Counted from the first letter of the stretch, positions 10,124 through 21,262 are shown. The stretch is DNA of 64,000 nucleotides from Thermoanaerobaculia bacterium (GCA_963846495.1 CAWJWP010000033.1:87252-151251); one strand, 5' to 3'. Notes: generated by a model from the letters alone, not told the origin. Program-made: numbers and translations.

Positions 10124-11109
10124 GCCGATTCGAGCCTGGCCTCGTGTCGGTCATCGTCCCGGTCTTCAACCGGCCTGCCGGGCTGCGCGAAGCGGCAGCG
10201 AGCGCGCTCGCGCAGAGCCATCGGCCGCTCGAGGTGATCGTCGTCGACGACGGCTCGAGCGACGACACGCCGGCCGTCGCCGACGAGCTGGCGCGCACGC
10301 ACGACGGCAGGGGCGGCGCCGCAATCGTGCGCGCCGTCCATCAGCCGAATGCAGGCCCCGGAGCGGCGCGCGAGGCGGGGCGGCAGCTGGCGCGCGGCGA
10401 GTACGTCCAGTACCTCGACAGCGACGACCTGCTGCTGGCCGGCAAGCTCGAGCGGCAGGTCGCCGCACTACGCGCGCGGCCGGAGTGCGGCGTCGCCTAC
10501 GGCATGACGCGGTTCCGCGGCGCCGACGGCGTTGCCGTCGACGGGCCGTGGAAGGGGTCGGGCGACGAGGTCGATCGGATGTTCCCCTCGATGCTGCGCG
10601 AGCGCTGGTGGGACACGCCCAACCCGCTCTACCGCGCGGCGTTGCTCGAGCGCGCCGGCCCGTGGAGCGACCTGCGCCTCGAGGAGGACTGGGAGCACGA
10701 CTGCCGGGTGGCGGCGCTCGGCGTGCGCCTCTGCTACGTGCGAGACTTCGTCTGCGAGGTGCGCGACCACGGCGACCATCGGCTGAGCCGGGGCTCGGCC
10801 ACCGATCCTGCGCGCAACCGCGAGAAAGCGCGCGCGCATGCGCTCATCTACGGCCACGCAGTGCGCGGCGGTGTCGAGCGCGAGAGCCCCGAGATGCGCC
10901 ACTTCGCACGCGAGCTGTTTCTGCTCGCTCGCCAGTGCGGGGCTTCGGGCCTCGGCGAAGAGTCGCGCACGCTCTTCGATCTCGCACGCCGGGCCTCGAC
11001 GCCGGTGCGATCGCGCGGCAACGACTTCCGGCTCTACCGCGCCGCCGCCGCGCTGCTCGGCTGGGTGGGAGCCGCCCGCGCCTCGCAGCTGCTCGAACGG
11101 GTGCGATGA
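10120..11109 (+). CDS. Glycosyltransferase family 2
   Basis: VSVIVPVFNRPAGL...VIVVDDGSSDDT...YVQYLDSDD (DxD). The GTG start overlaps the asnB stop (GTGA). Confidence 0.75.
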   Translation: MSRFEPGLVSVIVPVFNRPAGLREAAASALAQSHRPLEVIVVDDGSSDDTPAVADELARTHDGRGGAAIVRAVHQPNAGPGAAREAGRQLARGEYVQYLDSDDLLLAGKLERQVAALRARPECGVAYGMTRFRGADGVAVDGPWKGSGDEVDRMFPSMLRERWWDTPNPLYRAALLERAGPWSDLRLEEDWEHDCRVAALGVRLCYVRDFVCEVRDHGDHRLSRGSATDPARNREKARAHALIYGHAVRGGVERESPEMRHFARELFLLARQCGASGLGEESRTLFDLARRASTPVRSRGNDFRLYRAAAALLGWVGAARASQLLERVR

Positions 11110-11987
11110 GCGGCGCGACCGCGTTCGACCTGCTGTCCTGGGTCGACGTCCTCGCCTGCCCCGACTGCGAGGGGAGCTTGGAGATCGGCGTGGACGACGT
11201 CTCCTGCGTCGCCTGCGGGTTCTCGTCGCGCCGCCAGACGCCGCTCGACCTGAGGCCGCGCGCACGGCGGGCGCGGCGGTTCACGGTCAGCGCGCCGGGC
11301 GTGGGAGCCGGCATCGTCGAGCGCTGCACCATCGGACCGCCGCCCGCGGCCTATTCGGGTCCGCGCGGCGCACGCGATGCTTCCGGACTCTTCTCCGCCG
11401 TCATCGAGCGCTGCCGTCCCGGGACGCGCCTCCTCGACCTCGGCTGTGGGCCTCGCGACCAGGCCGCGCCGGCCGCGCACCTGGGGTTGCGCTACATAGG
11501 CGTCGACGTCGACTCGCCACGGGCCGACCTGCTCGCCGATGCGCACGCTGTGCCGTTTCGCCCGGGCTCGTTCGAGCTCGTGCTGTCCTACGCCGTGCTC
11601 GAGCACTTGGCGAATCCCTTTGTCGCCGTGGCGGAGGTGGCGCGCGTGCTGGCGCCGGGCGGCGCCTGCTTCGGTGCCGTTGCGCAAGGCGAGCCGTTCC
11701 ACGCTTCGTACTTCCACCACACCGCGTGGGGACTGGCGGAAGTGCTCGACGCCGCCGGCCTCGAGCTCACGCGGCTGTGGCCTTCCTACGACACCCTGCG
11801 GGCCCTGGGCACGATGGGGGGGTATCCACGGTTCTGGCGGCTCGCGCTCCGCGCCCTCGACGGTGTGGTCGCGGCGACGCCATTCCTCGCGCCGCGCCGC
11901 CACTTCCGCGGCTCGGCGCGCGAGAAAGTGCTCGCGTCGGTCTATCGCGCCGCCAGCCTCTGTTTCGTGGCGGTGAAGCGCAGGTGA
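11106..11987 (+). CDS. Class I SAM-dependent methyltransferase with an N-terminal Trm112-like zinc ribbon
   Basis: CPDCEG...CVACG zinc-ribbon, then LLDLGCGPRD and the Methyltransf_11-like motifs VLSYAVLEHLANP and ARVLAPGG. The ATG overlaps the upstream stop. Confidence 0.65.
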   Translation: MSGATAFDLLSWVDVLACPDCEGSLEIGVDDVSCVACGFSSRRQTPLDLRPRARRARRFTVSAPGVGAGIVERCTIGPPPAAYSGPRGARDASGLFSAVIERCRPGTRLLDLGCGPRDQAAPAAHLGLRYIGVDVDSPRADLLADAHAVPFRPGSFELVLSYAVLEHLANPFVAVAEVARVLAPGGACFGAVAQGEPFHASYFHHTAWGLAEVLDAAGLELTRLWPSYDTLRALGTMGGYPRFWRLALRALDGVVAATPFLAPRRHFRGSAREKVLASVYRAASLCFVAVKRR

Positions 11988-13226
11988 TGGCGACGCCCTG
12001 TCTTCTCGTCCTCTCGCAGGTCTATCCGCCGGACCCCGCGGCGGTGGGTGCAGCACCTGCACGATGCGGCGCGCGAGATGGTGCGCCGTGGCTGGACGGC
12101 GCGCGTGATCACCTCGGCGCGCGGCTACGCCGATCCGTCAGCCCGCTACTGCGCGCGCGAGCGTCTCGACGGCGTGGACGTGCGCCGCCTCGGCTGGGGG
12201 TCGTTAGGTAAGGGCAGCCTCGCGCGCGCGCGCCGCCGGCGGGCTCTTCTTTCTCGCCCGCGCGTTTCTCCGCGGCCTTTTCGCGCCGCGCCCGGCGCGC
12301 ATCCTCGTCAGTACCTCGCCGCCGATGGCTCCGCTCGCTGGGCTATGGCTGGCGCGGCTACGGCGCGCGCCGCACGCGGTGTGGCTGATGGACTTGAACC
12401 CCGACCAGGCGATCGTCACCGGCGCCGTGCGCCCGCGCGCGCTGTCGGCGCGCCTGCTCGAGCGCGCCAACCGCAGCCGCGGCGCGCCGCGCCGCAGTCC
12501 GTCGTCGCGCTCGACCCGTTCATGGCCGAGCGCGTGCGCGGGCGCTGGCAGCTCGACGGCAACCTCGCCGTACTGCCGCCGTGGGCGCACGAGGAGCACG
12601 TCGCGCCGGTGCCGCACGCGGAGAATCCGTTCCGCACCCGTCACGGCCTCCAGGGCAAGCGCGTCGTCATGTACTCGGGCAACCTGTCGCCGGTGCACCC
12701 GGTCGACACCATCCTGCAGGCGGCGCGCGAGCTGCGGGAAGACCCGCGGCTCGTCTTCGTGTTCATCGGGGAAGGGGGACAGCGGGCGGCGGTCGAGGAG
12801 GCGGTCCAGCGCGACCGGCTGGAGCGCGTGCTCCTCCTCCCCTACCAGCCGCTGCAAGATCTCCGCTACAGTCTTTCCGCTGCTGATGTGCATTTGGTGA
12901 GCATGGGATCCGACATGGTGGGCATCGTTCACCCCTGCAAGGTGTACGGCGCCATGGCTGCAGCGCGGCCGGTGCTCTACCTCGGGCCGCGCCGGTCGCA
13001 CGTCGGCGAGCTGGTCGAGCGCTTCGACCTCGGCTGGCAGGTGGAGCACGGCGACGTCGCAGCCGCCGTCGCGGCGCTGCGCACCATCGCGGCCGCGCCC
13101 GAGGCCGAGCTCGCCGTGCGCGGCGCCCGCGCCCGTGCCGCTCTGGACGCCGAGCTGTCGCAGCAGCAACTCCTCTCCTCCTTCTGTGACGTCCTCGAGC
13201 GAGGCGTCGCTGGAGCGACCGGCTGA
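11987..13226 (+). pseudogene. WcaI-like glycosyltransferase family 4, interrupted by about 3 frameshifts (near 12047, 12235, 12485)
   Basis: N-terminus MATPCLLVLSQVYPPDPAAVG (frame 2) continues as QHLHDAAREMVRRGWTARVITSARGY (frame 0). It then reads ILVSTSPPMAPLAGLWLARL...WLMDLNPDQAIV (frame 1), then VVALDPFMAERV...GNLSPVHPVD...GT1 C-terminal domain (frame 0). All pieces are collinear with GT4 architecture. Confidence 0.6.
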
Positions 13227-14458
13227 TGCTCACCGTCCCCATCACCGTCATGCTGCTGCTCGCCGCCGCCGCCGCGGTGGGCGCCGGGTTGGTCAGCAAC
13301 CTCGCCGTGCCGTTGGTGGCGCGCCTCGCGACCACCGTGCGCGCCGTCGACTACCCAGGCGGCCGCAAGCAGCAGGAGGCGGTGATTCCGCGCCTCGGCG
13401 GCCTCGCCATCGTCGGCGGCGTCGCCTTCGCCGCCGCCGGCACGGCGCTCGCCGAGTGGGAGCAGCTGTCGGGCGTCATCCACCGCAGCGAGCTCATCGC
13501 GCTGGCCATGGCGGCGGCGCTCGTTTTCTTCGTCGGCGTCGTCGACGACCTGCTGGGCGTCTCGACGTGGAAGAAGTTCGGCGTCGAGACCTTGGCGGCG
13601 CTGCTGCTCGTCAACGTCGGGTGGCAGTTCCAGTCGCTGTCGCTGCCCGGCAGCGGCTGGCTCCACCTCGGTCCCTTCGGCCCGGTCATCACCGTGCTGT
13701 GGATCGTCGGCGTCACCAACGCGGTGAACCTGCTCGACGGCCTCGACGGGCTCGCCGCCGGCGTGGTGGCGATCATCGCCGCCAGCCTGCTCGCCTACGC
13801 CCTGTTTCTCGGCAACGTCGGCACCGTCATCCTGATGGCGGCGATCACCGGCGCCTGCGTCGGCTTCCTGCGCCACAACTGGGCGCCGGCGCGCATCTTC
13901 ATGGGCGACTCGGGGTCGCTGACGCTGGGTTTCCTGCTCGCCGCGATGACCGTGCACAGCTCGCTCAAGGCGCCGGCGGCGATCGCCATCCTGGTGCCGC
14001 TGGTAGCGCTCGGCGTGCCGGTGATCGACACGCTGCTGGTCATGGGCGTGCGCTTCCTGGCGCGGCCGCACGGCCGGCTGGCGGACCGGCTGCTGGCCAT
14101 GTTCCGCGCCGACCGCAACCACATCCACCACCTGCTGCTGCACCGCCGCGACCGCCGCCGCGTCGTCGCCTGGATCTACGCCACGGTGATCGTCTTCTGC
14201 GCGCTGGCCATGGTGGTGGCGCTCACCCGCAACCCCACGCTCGGGTTGTCGGTGCTGGCGATCGAGGGGGTGGTGATCTTGGCGCTGCGGCGCAGCGGCG
14301 TCCAGGCGCGTCTGGTCGAGAAGTCGGCCGAGCAGCGGCAGGCGCTGCGCAGCGATCTCGGGATGGCGAGCGGCAGCGGCGACGGCCTCGACGACACCGG
14401 GCAGCCGGCGCAGGTGGTGGCCTTTCCGGAGCCGGTGCGGCGGTCGGAACGCGGCTGA
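13226..14458 (+). CDS. UDP-HexNAc:polyprenyl-phosphate HexNAc-1-phosphate transferase (WecA/MraY family glycosyltransferase 4)
   Basis: About 10 TM helices. Motifs [15 protein letters not shown] and [15 protein letters not shown] are typical of the MraY/WecA/WbpL superfamily. The ATG overlaps the upstream TGA. Confidence 0.8.
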   Translation: MLTVPITVMLLLAAAAAVGAGLVSNLAVPLVARLATTVRAVDYPGGRKQQEAVIPRLGGLAIVGGVAFAAAGTALAEWEQLSGVIHRSELIALAMAAALVFFVGVVDDLLGVSTWKKFGVETLAALLLVNVGWQFQSLSLPGSGWLHLGPFGPVITVLWIVGVTNAVNLLDGLDGLAAGVVAIIAASLLAYALFLGNVGTVILMAAITGACVGFLRHNWAPARIFMGDSGSLTLGFLLAAMTVHSSLKAPAAIAILVPLVALGVPVIDTLLVMGVRFLARPHGRLADRLLAMFRADRNHIHHLLLHRRDRRRVVAWIYATVIVFCALAMVVALTRNPTLGLSVLAIEGVVILALRRSGVQARLVEKSAEQRQALRSDLGMASGSGDGLDDTGQPAQVVAFPEPVRRSERG

Positions 14459-14612
14459 GGCGAGACCGCCCGCGGGGCCACTCGCCGGGCTGCGGCGTCG
14501 TTCGCCGCGCTGCGGCGCAGACCGCTACCGGCGCCGGGCGACGGTTTTCCACAGCCTGTGAAAAATTCGTGTTCCCACGGCCTTTGAACGCGCTACACTA
14601 ACCGTCCCCTGA

Positions 14613-15638
14613 ATGAGTGCCCACTCGCGCTTCACCGCTCTGCGGGAGGTCGTGCGAGCTGCCGCTCGCGCAGCCGACGGCGAATCGCCGGCGGCGTTAG
14701 GCCTCGACGGCCTGTGTGCCGCAGCGCGCCGGCGCGGCGTCGCCGAGCGGTTGCTGCGGCCGTCGCTGGTGATCGCCGCCCGCAGCTGGAGCGACGAGAC
14801 GCTGCCGTTGACGTTGAGCCGGCAGCTGGCGATGAGCGAGGGCACCGCGACGTACAACGCGCGGCTGCTCACGCTGCTCGCCGAGCGGGTGGGCCTGTCG
14901 GGCGAGTCGACGAACGACGCGCTGCTGCTCGGCGACGCCGGGCTCCTCGCCGGGCTCTACGGCAGCCTGGGAGCGTTCCCGCTGCGGCTGCCGCTGGCGG
15001 CGACGGCGAGCGCCACCGACGCCGGCAACGGCGGGCTGCCGCTTCACCTGCGCGCGCGCGGCGGCATGCTCGGCGTATTGCCGCTGGGTCAGCTCGCCGA
15101 TCTCGTGCGCCACAACAGCCGGCGCTGGAACGACGGCACGCAGACGTGGCGCGTGCCGCGCCGCGAGCTGATGCTGACGCTCCTGGCGGCGCGGCTCGGC
15201 GATCCGCTGGCGCATCCGGATCCGCCGCTCTGGCATCACTTGGCGCTGCTGCTTTTGCTGTGGCCCGAGCACGAGGGTCGCGAGCTGGTGCTCGAGCACG
15301 CGGCGCGGCTGGGGCTGCTGTCGCAGGTGGGGCGCGGGCTGGCGGTGCTCGGGCACTTGTTCCCCGAGCTCCAGGGCTGGGCGGGTGCAGGACGGGGGCA
15401 GATCCAGCTCTCGCTGCTCGCGCGCTCGCTGGGAGTGCCGCTGGCGGCGCGGGCGCTGGTGGGCGCCGCGTTCGAGGAGGAGCCCGAGCCCGTCGTCGAA
15501 GCGCCGCTCCAGGCGGTGGCGCAGCCCGCGCGCTGCGAGCGTGCGCGGAGGGAGCGCGGAGGCGCGGCGAACGCGCTCCGCAAGTTGGAAAGACGCCCCG
15601 GTCGGCATCGCCGCCGGGGCGTCGGTGCGTTTGGCTAG
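14613..15638 (+). CDS. Hypothetical protein
   Basis: 341-aa ORF with a non-Arg-biased composition. The antisense ORF (14697..15608) is Arg/Pro-rich and looks like a GC artefact. It lies in the same frame as, and 9 nt upstream of, the next gene, separated by one TAG. Confidence 0.4.
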   Translation: MSAHSRFTALREVVRAAARAADGESPAALGLDGLCAAARRRGVAERLLRPSLVIAARSWSDETLPLTLSRQLAMSEGTATYNARLLTLLAERVGLSGESTNDALLLGDAGLLAGLYGSLGAFPLRLPLAATASATDAGNGGLPLHLRARGGMLGVLPLGQLADLVRHNSRRWNDGTQTWRVPRRELMLTLLAARLGDPLAHPDPPLWHHLALLLLLWPEHEGRELVLEHAARLGLLSQVGRGLAVLGHLFPELQGWAGAGRGQIQLSLLARSLGVPLAARALVGAAFEEEPEPVVEAPLQAVAQPARCERARRERGGAANALRKLERRPGRHRRRGVGAFG

Positions 15639-15647
15639 GCTGGCTCC

Positions 15648-16877
15648 TTGAGCGCTTTTCGCTTTCGCCCGCCGCCGGTCGAGCTGACGCGCGAGCTACG
15701 GTGGGCGTTGCTGCGCGCCTTCGGGCCTGTCAACGCGAGCTACGCGCCGGATGTCGACGTGCCCGGAGCCGTCGAGCTTGCCGGTCGGCTTGGCCTCGCC
15801 CCCCGCATCGGAGCGCGCACGCGCGATGCGGCGGAGCTCGCCGACCACGCCGAGGCTACCGCGGCGCTCGCGCGCGCGAGCCGGACGGCGGCCGTGTCGC
15901 AGCTGCGGGCGCGCGAGGCGGCGCTCGCAGTCGCCGCGGCGGCTCGTGCGCACGGGCTGCCCGTCTGCCTGCTCAAGGGCGTTGCGCTCGCCGAGGCCGG
16001 CGCGGTTGCAGCCGGCAGCCGGCAGGTTGGCGACGTGGACGTTCTGGTTCCCGAAGATACCGAGCCGCCGCTCGTTGCGGAGCTCGTGCACCGGGGCTTT
16101 CAACCCGGCATGGGCGAGGAGTACGCGCATCACGCGCCGCCGCTCGTCCACCCGCGGCTGGGCATGGTCGAGGTCCATCGGCACCTTCCCGGCGTCGAGA
16201 CTTCGGCGTCCGGCGTGCGCTCGCCGAGGCGGTTCGCCACCTTCGACGACCTCCACGCGGCCGGGCTGCTGGAACCGTGGCGCGACGGCGGCGATCGCGC
16301 CTGGCTGCCGACGCCAGCCGCGCTCGCCGCGCACGCGCTCGCGCACGGGCTCGCGCAACACGGTTTCCGCCCCGGGGCCTATCCGCAGCTGCGGCTGCTC
16401 GGCGACCTGCTCGACCTCGGCATCGCGACCGGCGAAGGACCGTCGCTGCTCGCAGCGACGCTGCCGCTCGTCGAGCGCAGCGTCGGCGCGGCCGAGGCAC
16501 GCGCCGCTGCCGACCTCTGCGACGCGCTGGCCGCAGGACGGCTCGACGAGCTCGCCGCTGATGAGCCACCGGCGCTGCTGCTGCGCCACCTCCTCGCCGG
16601 CGCCCTCGATGAGCGCTACGCCGAAGCGCTCAAGCTGCAGGAGCTCGCGCGGCCGCTGCATCCGGGCTCGCGGCTCGCCGGCTGGTGGTCGGCGGCGTGG
16701 CAGGCCGTCGCGCTCTCGCCGGCGCAGCTCGACCGCGTCTACGGCAAGCCCGCCGGCCGCTGGGGCCGGCTCGGCCAGCGGCTGCGGCGGCCCTTCGATC
16801 TCCTGCGCCGCAGCCTGCGCGCGCGCTTGGCCTCAGCCTCGCAGGCGGCAGAATCGAGTAGGAGGGACCCGCGGTGA
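15648..16877 (+). CDS. Hypothetical protein, putative nucleotidyltransferase-like (NTP_transf_5-type); 3' end rewritten by the intron insertion
   Basis: LPVCLLKGVALAE...GDVDVLVPED block resembles the uncharacterised nucleotidyltransferase family. TTG start. The last ~8 codons plus the stop are read from inside the group II intron; the pre-insertion ORF would end ...SQAADKKRAGARRP*. Confidence 0.45.
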   Translation: MSAFRFRPPPVELTRELRWALLRAFGPVNASYAPDVDVPGAVELAGRLGLAPRIGARTRDAAELADHAEATAALARASRTAAVSQLRAREAALAVAAAARAHGLPVCLLKGVALAEAGAVAAGSRQVGDVDVLVPEDTEPPLVAELVHRGFQPGMGEEYAHHAPPLVHPRLGMVEVHRHLPGVETSASGVRSPRRFATFDDLHAAGLLEPWRDGGDRAWLPTPAALAAHALAHGLAQHGFRPGAYPQLRLLGDLLDLGIATGEGPSLLAATLPLVERSVGAAEARAAADLCDALAAGRLDELAADEPPALLLRHLLAGALDERYAEALKLQELARPLHPGSRLAGWWSAAWQAVALSPAQLDRVYGKPAGRWGRLGQRLRRPFDLLRRSLRARLASASQAAESSRRDPR

Positions 16878-18805
16878 CCCGCGGGCCCCGTCCTCTCACA
16901 CCACCGTACGTACGGTTCCGTATACGGCGGTTCGAGATTGGCTCTGCAGCCGTCGATGGATCTGGAGAAGGCTCGGGAGCCCGAGCTGGGTGAGGAAGCG
17001 CGTCGGCACGGTCAGGTGCATATGGGCCGCTCCCGCGTTCCACCACGGACCGTGACCGTTGCCGGCGGCGATGCGGGCGCGCTCGCGATCGAGTCCGCGC
17101 TTGGCCAGCTCCTTGGCTCTGGTTCGTGGCCGCTTCCACTGGCGCCACAGGATGCAGCGCAGCTTCCGCCGTAGCCACTTGTCCAGCTCCTCGAAGCAAG
17201 CCACCACCTCCGCCAGGCGAAAGTACTCGAGCCAGCCGGTGAGCACCGGCCCGAGCTGCTGGATGACTCTGCCGAGACTACGCCCGCGCCCGCTGCGAAA
17301 CAGCCGCCGCAGCTTCTCTTTGAGGCGGCGGACCGCCTCGGGAGACACCCGCAGCTTCACTTCGCGCTTTTGCACGGTCACGGTGTAGCCCAGAAACTTC
17401 CGCCGCCAAGGGCGATCTACCGCGCTCTTGACCCGGTTCACCTCCAGCCGCAGACGCTTCGCGAGGAAGCGCTCGAGGGCGTCGAGCACCCGTTCGCCTG
17501 CACGCCGTGACCGCACGTAGACGTTGCAGTCGTCGGCATAGCGGACGAAGCGATGGCCTCGCCGCTGCAGCTCGCGGTCCAGCTCGTCGAGCAGGACGTT
17601 GGACAGCAGCGGCGACAGCGGCCCGCCTTGCGGCGTGCCCTCGACGCGCGGCGACACCAGGCCGCCTTCCAGCAGCCCGGCCTGTAGGTAGAGGCGAATC
17701 AGATGCAGGATGCGCCGATCCTCGATCCGCCGCGCCAGACGCGCCATCAGCACGTCGTGGTTGACGCGGTCGAAGAAGTCCTTGAGGTCTATGTCCACCA
17801 CCCAGCTGTAACCCGCCGCAATGTGCGCTCGCGCACGCACCACGGCCTGATGGGCGCTCCTCTGCGGTCGAAAACCGAAGCTCTCTTCCGAGAAGGTCGC
17901 GTCGAAGTGAGGCTGCAAGACCTGCAGGAGCGCCTGCTGGATCAGACGGTCCACGACCGTCGGAATCCCCAAACGCCGCACCCCGCCGCTCGGCTTCGCA
18001 ATCTCCACCGGACGCACCGGCGCGGGACGGTACCGCCCCGCCAACAGCTCCTCACGAATGGCTTCCCAGCGGCGCACCAGATGCGGGCCGAGCTCTTCGG
18101 CACTCATGCCGTCGATGCCCGGGGCGCCTCCGTTGCTCTTGACCCGCTGGTAGGCCCGCAGCAAGTTCTCCCGGCGCAGCACCTCCTCCATCACCATCGG
18201 CGGCCGCTCGGTGGAGATCTCGTTCCATGCCGTGACCGCTTGCGGCGCAGGCGTGGCCGCGGACCGGTTCCGCCGGCCCTTCTCCACGTCCTGCTGTGGC
18301 CTCTCGTCCACGAATTCGGCCGCTCCCTCGATCAGCGAATGGACCGCTCCACTTCGGCCTCTCTCGTTCGGCCCTTCGCCGGCGCGCGCCGCCAGCTACT
18401 CCGGCCTCGGCTGACTGCTGGCGACCCTTCGGTCCGCCTCGCGGCGGTGCCCTAGCCTCTCGGCAGATCGACAGCTCTCCCAGGGTAAGACGCGTGACCT
18501 TCGCCCCATCCACCCGTCGCATCTACGCCGCCTCGGTCCGGATGACTTCGGGCTTCGAGTCTTTTCGCCCTCTCGCCCACCTACTGCGACGCCTCTATGC
18601 GCTTCGTGTTCCTCGGGCCGGGGCTTTGCCTGCAGCTTCCTTCAGACTCCGCCTCGCGGCGGACGCCCTTGCTGTTCGGCTAGCGGTTCCCGTCATCAGG
18701 GCCCGCAGGGGACTTCCACCCCCAAGTCACTTCCCGATTCGGTTTCCCTCCTCGGTTGACAGCTCCAGGCGCCATGCCTGGCGCTGCGCGCCATGCCTGG
18801 CGCAC
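16853..18805 (-). mobile_element. Class IIC (bacterial class C) group II intron, about 1.95 kb
   Basis: On the minus strand, the 5' end GUGCG sits immediately after an intrinsic terminator (GGGCCGGCG-AGC-GCCGGCCC-GCUUUUUA|GUGCG). It contains an RT/maturase ORF without an En domain. The domain V candidate ACCGCCGUAUACGGAACCGUACGUACGGUGGU has a CGC triad and an AC bulge and overlaps the ORF's 3' end. The domain VI hairpin has a bulged A 6-7 nt before the ...CUCGAU 3' end. The 3' boundary is +/- a few nt. Confidence 0.7.
16896..18311 (-). CDS. Group II intron-encoded reverse transcriptase/maturase
   Basis: RT domains 0-7 (GIDGMS, RRLGIPTVVDR, FGFRPQRSAHQA, YADDCNVYV) and the X/maturase region. 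No HNH endonuclease tail. Confidence 0.9.
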   Translation of the reverse strand: MDERPQQDVEKGRRNRSAATPAPQAVTAWNEISTERPPMVMEEVLRRENLLRAYQRVKSNGGAPGIDGMSAEELGPHLVRRWEAIREELLAGRYRPAPVRPVEIAKPSGGVRRLGIPTVVDRLIQQALLQVLQPHFDATFSEESFGFRPQRSAHQAVVRARAHIAAGYSWVVDIDLKDFFDRVNHDVLMARLARRIEDRRILHLIRLYLQAGLLEGGLVSPRVEGTPQGGPLSPLLSNVLLDELDRELQRRGHRFVRYADDCNVYVRSRRAGERVLDALERFLAKRLRLEVNRVKSAVDRPWRRKFLGYTVTVQKREVKLRVSPEAVRRLKEKLRRLFRSGRGRSLGRVIQQLGPVLTGWLEYFRLAEVVACFEELDKWLRRKLRCILWRQWKRPRTRAKELAKRGLDRERARIAAGNGHGPWWNAGAAHMHLTVPTRFLTQLGLPSLLQIHRRLQSQSRTAVYGTVRTVV

Positions 18806-18812
18806 TAAAAAG

Positions 18813-18837
18813 CGGGCCGGCGCTCGCCGGCCCTGAG
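18813..18837 (-). terminator. Rho-independent terminator (8-bp GC stem, GAGC loop, U5 tract); target motif of the IIC intron
   Basis: Minus-strand GGGCCGGCGAGCGCCGGCCC followed by GCTTTTTA; the intron begins at the next base. Confidence 0.5.
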
Positions 18838-19116
18838 GGCATACACGGCTTCGACAGTGAGAGATCTCTGGAACGCGCCGGGGTCCCGAGCCTCGGCGTC
18901 TCCCTGCGACTGTTTCAGCTCGGGACCCCGGCTCTACTGATTCACTGGCGACGTCCTGCAGCAATGACCATGCCGCCTTGTCGGCATAATCCTACAGAAT
19001 ACGGAGACGTTAGTCGTGAAGGATTTGGCCTACTCCGCTCGCACACTCACACATCGGTTTTGTAAGTAGCCATGTAAGAACGTCCATCAGGCGGCAAAGA
19101 ACAGCCGCCGAAAGGA

Positions 19117-19145
19117 AACGCGGCCGGAAGACCGGCCGCGTTTCT
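19117..19145 (-). terminator. groEL transcription terminator hairpin
   Basis: Perfect inverted repeat AAACGCGGCCGG-TCTT-CCGGCCGCGTTT, 54 nt downstream of the groEL stop, followed by a U-rich CCUUUC stretch on the minus strand. Confidence 0.5.
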
Positions 19146-19198
19146 CGAGGCAACGTCACGAAGGGCGGGCCCGAGGCCCGTCCTTCGCCGTTTTCGGA

Positions 19199-20884
<1,686 letters not shown>

Positions 20885-21172
20885 TCAGGCGACGACGGCG
20901 AGGATCTCGTCCTCGCGGAGGATCACGTAGTCCTCCTCGTCGATGCGGATCTCGCTGCCCGAGTACTTGCCGATGAGGATCTTGTCGCCCTGCTTGACGT
21001 CGACCGGCGAGCGCTTGCCCTCGTCGTTGACCTTGCCGGGACCGACGGCGATCACCTCGGCCTGCTGCGGCTTCTCCTTGGCGGTGTCGGGAATGATGAT
21101 CCCGCCGCGTACCTGCTCCTCCTGCTCGATGCGCTTGACAAGCACGCGATCCTGCAACGGACGAATGTTCAC
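20885..21172 (-). CDS. groS: Co-chaperonin GroES (10 kDa)
   Basis: MNIRPLQDRVLVKR...IIIPDTAKEKPQQAEVIAVGPG, 95 aa. GTG start with an AAGGAGG RBS. 51 nt upstream of groEL. Confidence 0.95.
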   Translation of the reverse strand: MNIRPLQDRVLVKRIEQEEQVRGGIIIPDTAKEKPQQAEVIAVGPGKVNDEGKRSPVDVKQGDKILIGKYSGSEIRIDEEDYVILREDEILAVVA

Positions 21173-21262
21173 GATGGTCGCCTCCTTGCTGACGGGTTTG
21201 CCTAACTTGCTGACAAGGCCCGTGTTGCGGGGGTTGGACCAGCCGCGGAAATCGAGCGCCGA

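Noticed and set aside
18768-18806. 16-nt tandem direct repeat GCGCCATGCCTGGCGC x2
   Set aside because: Lies inside the 5' end of the group II intron (domain I helix). It is not a CRISPR or a standalone repeat element, and nothing similar occurs elsewhere in the window.
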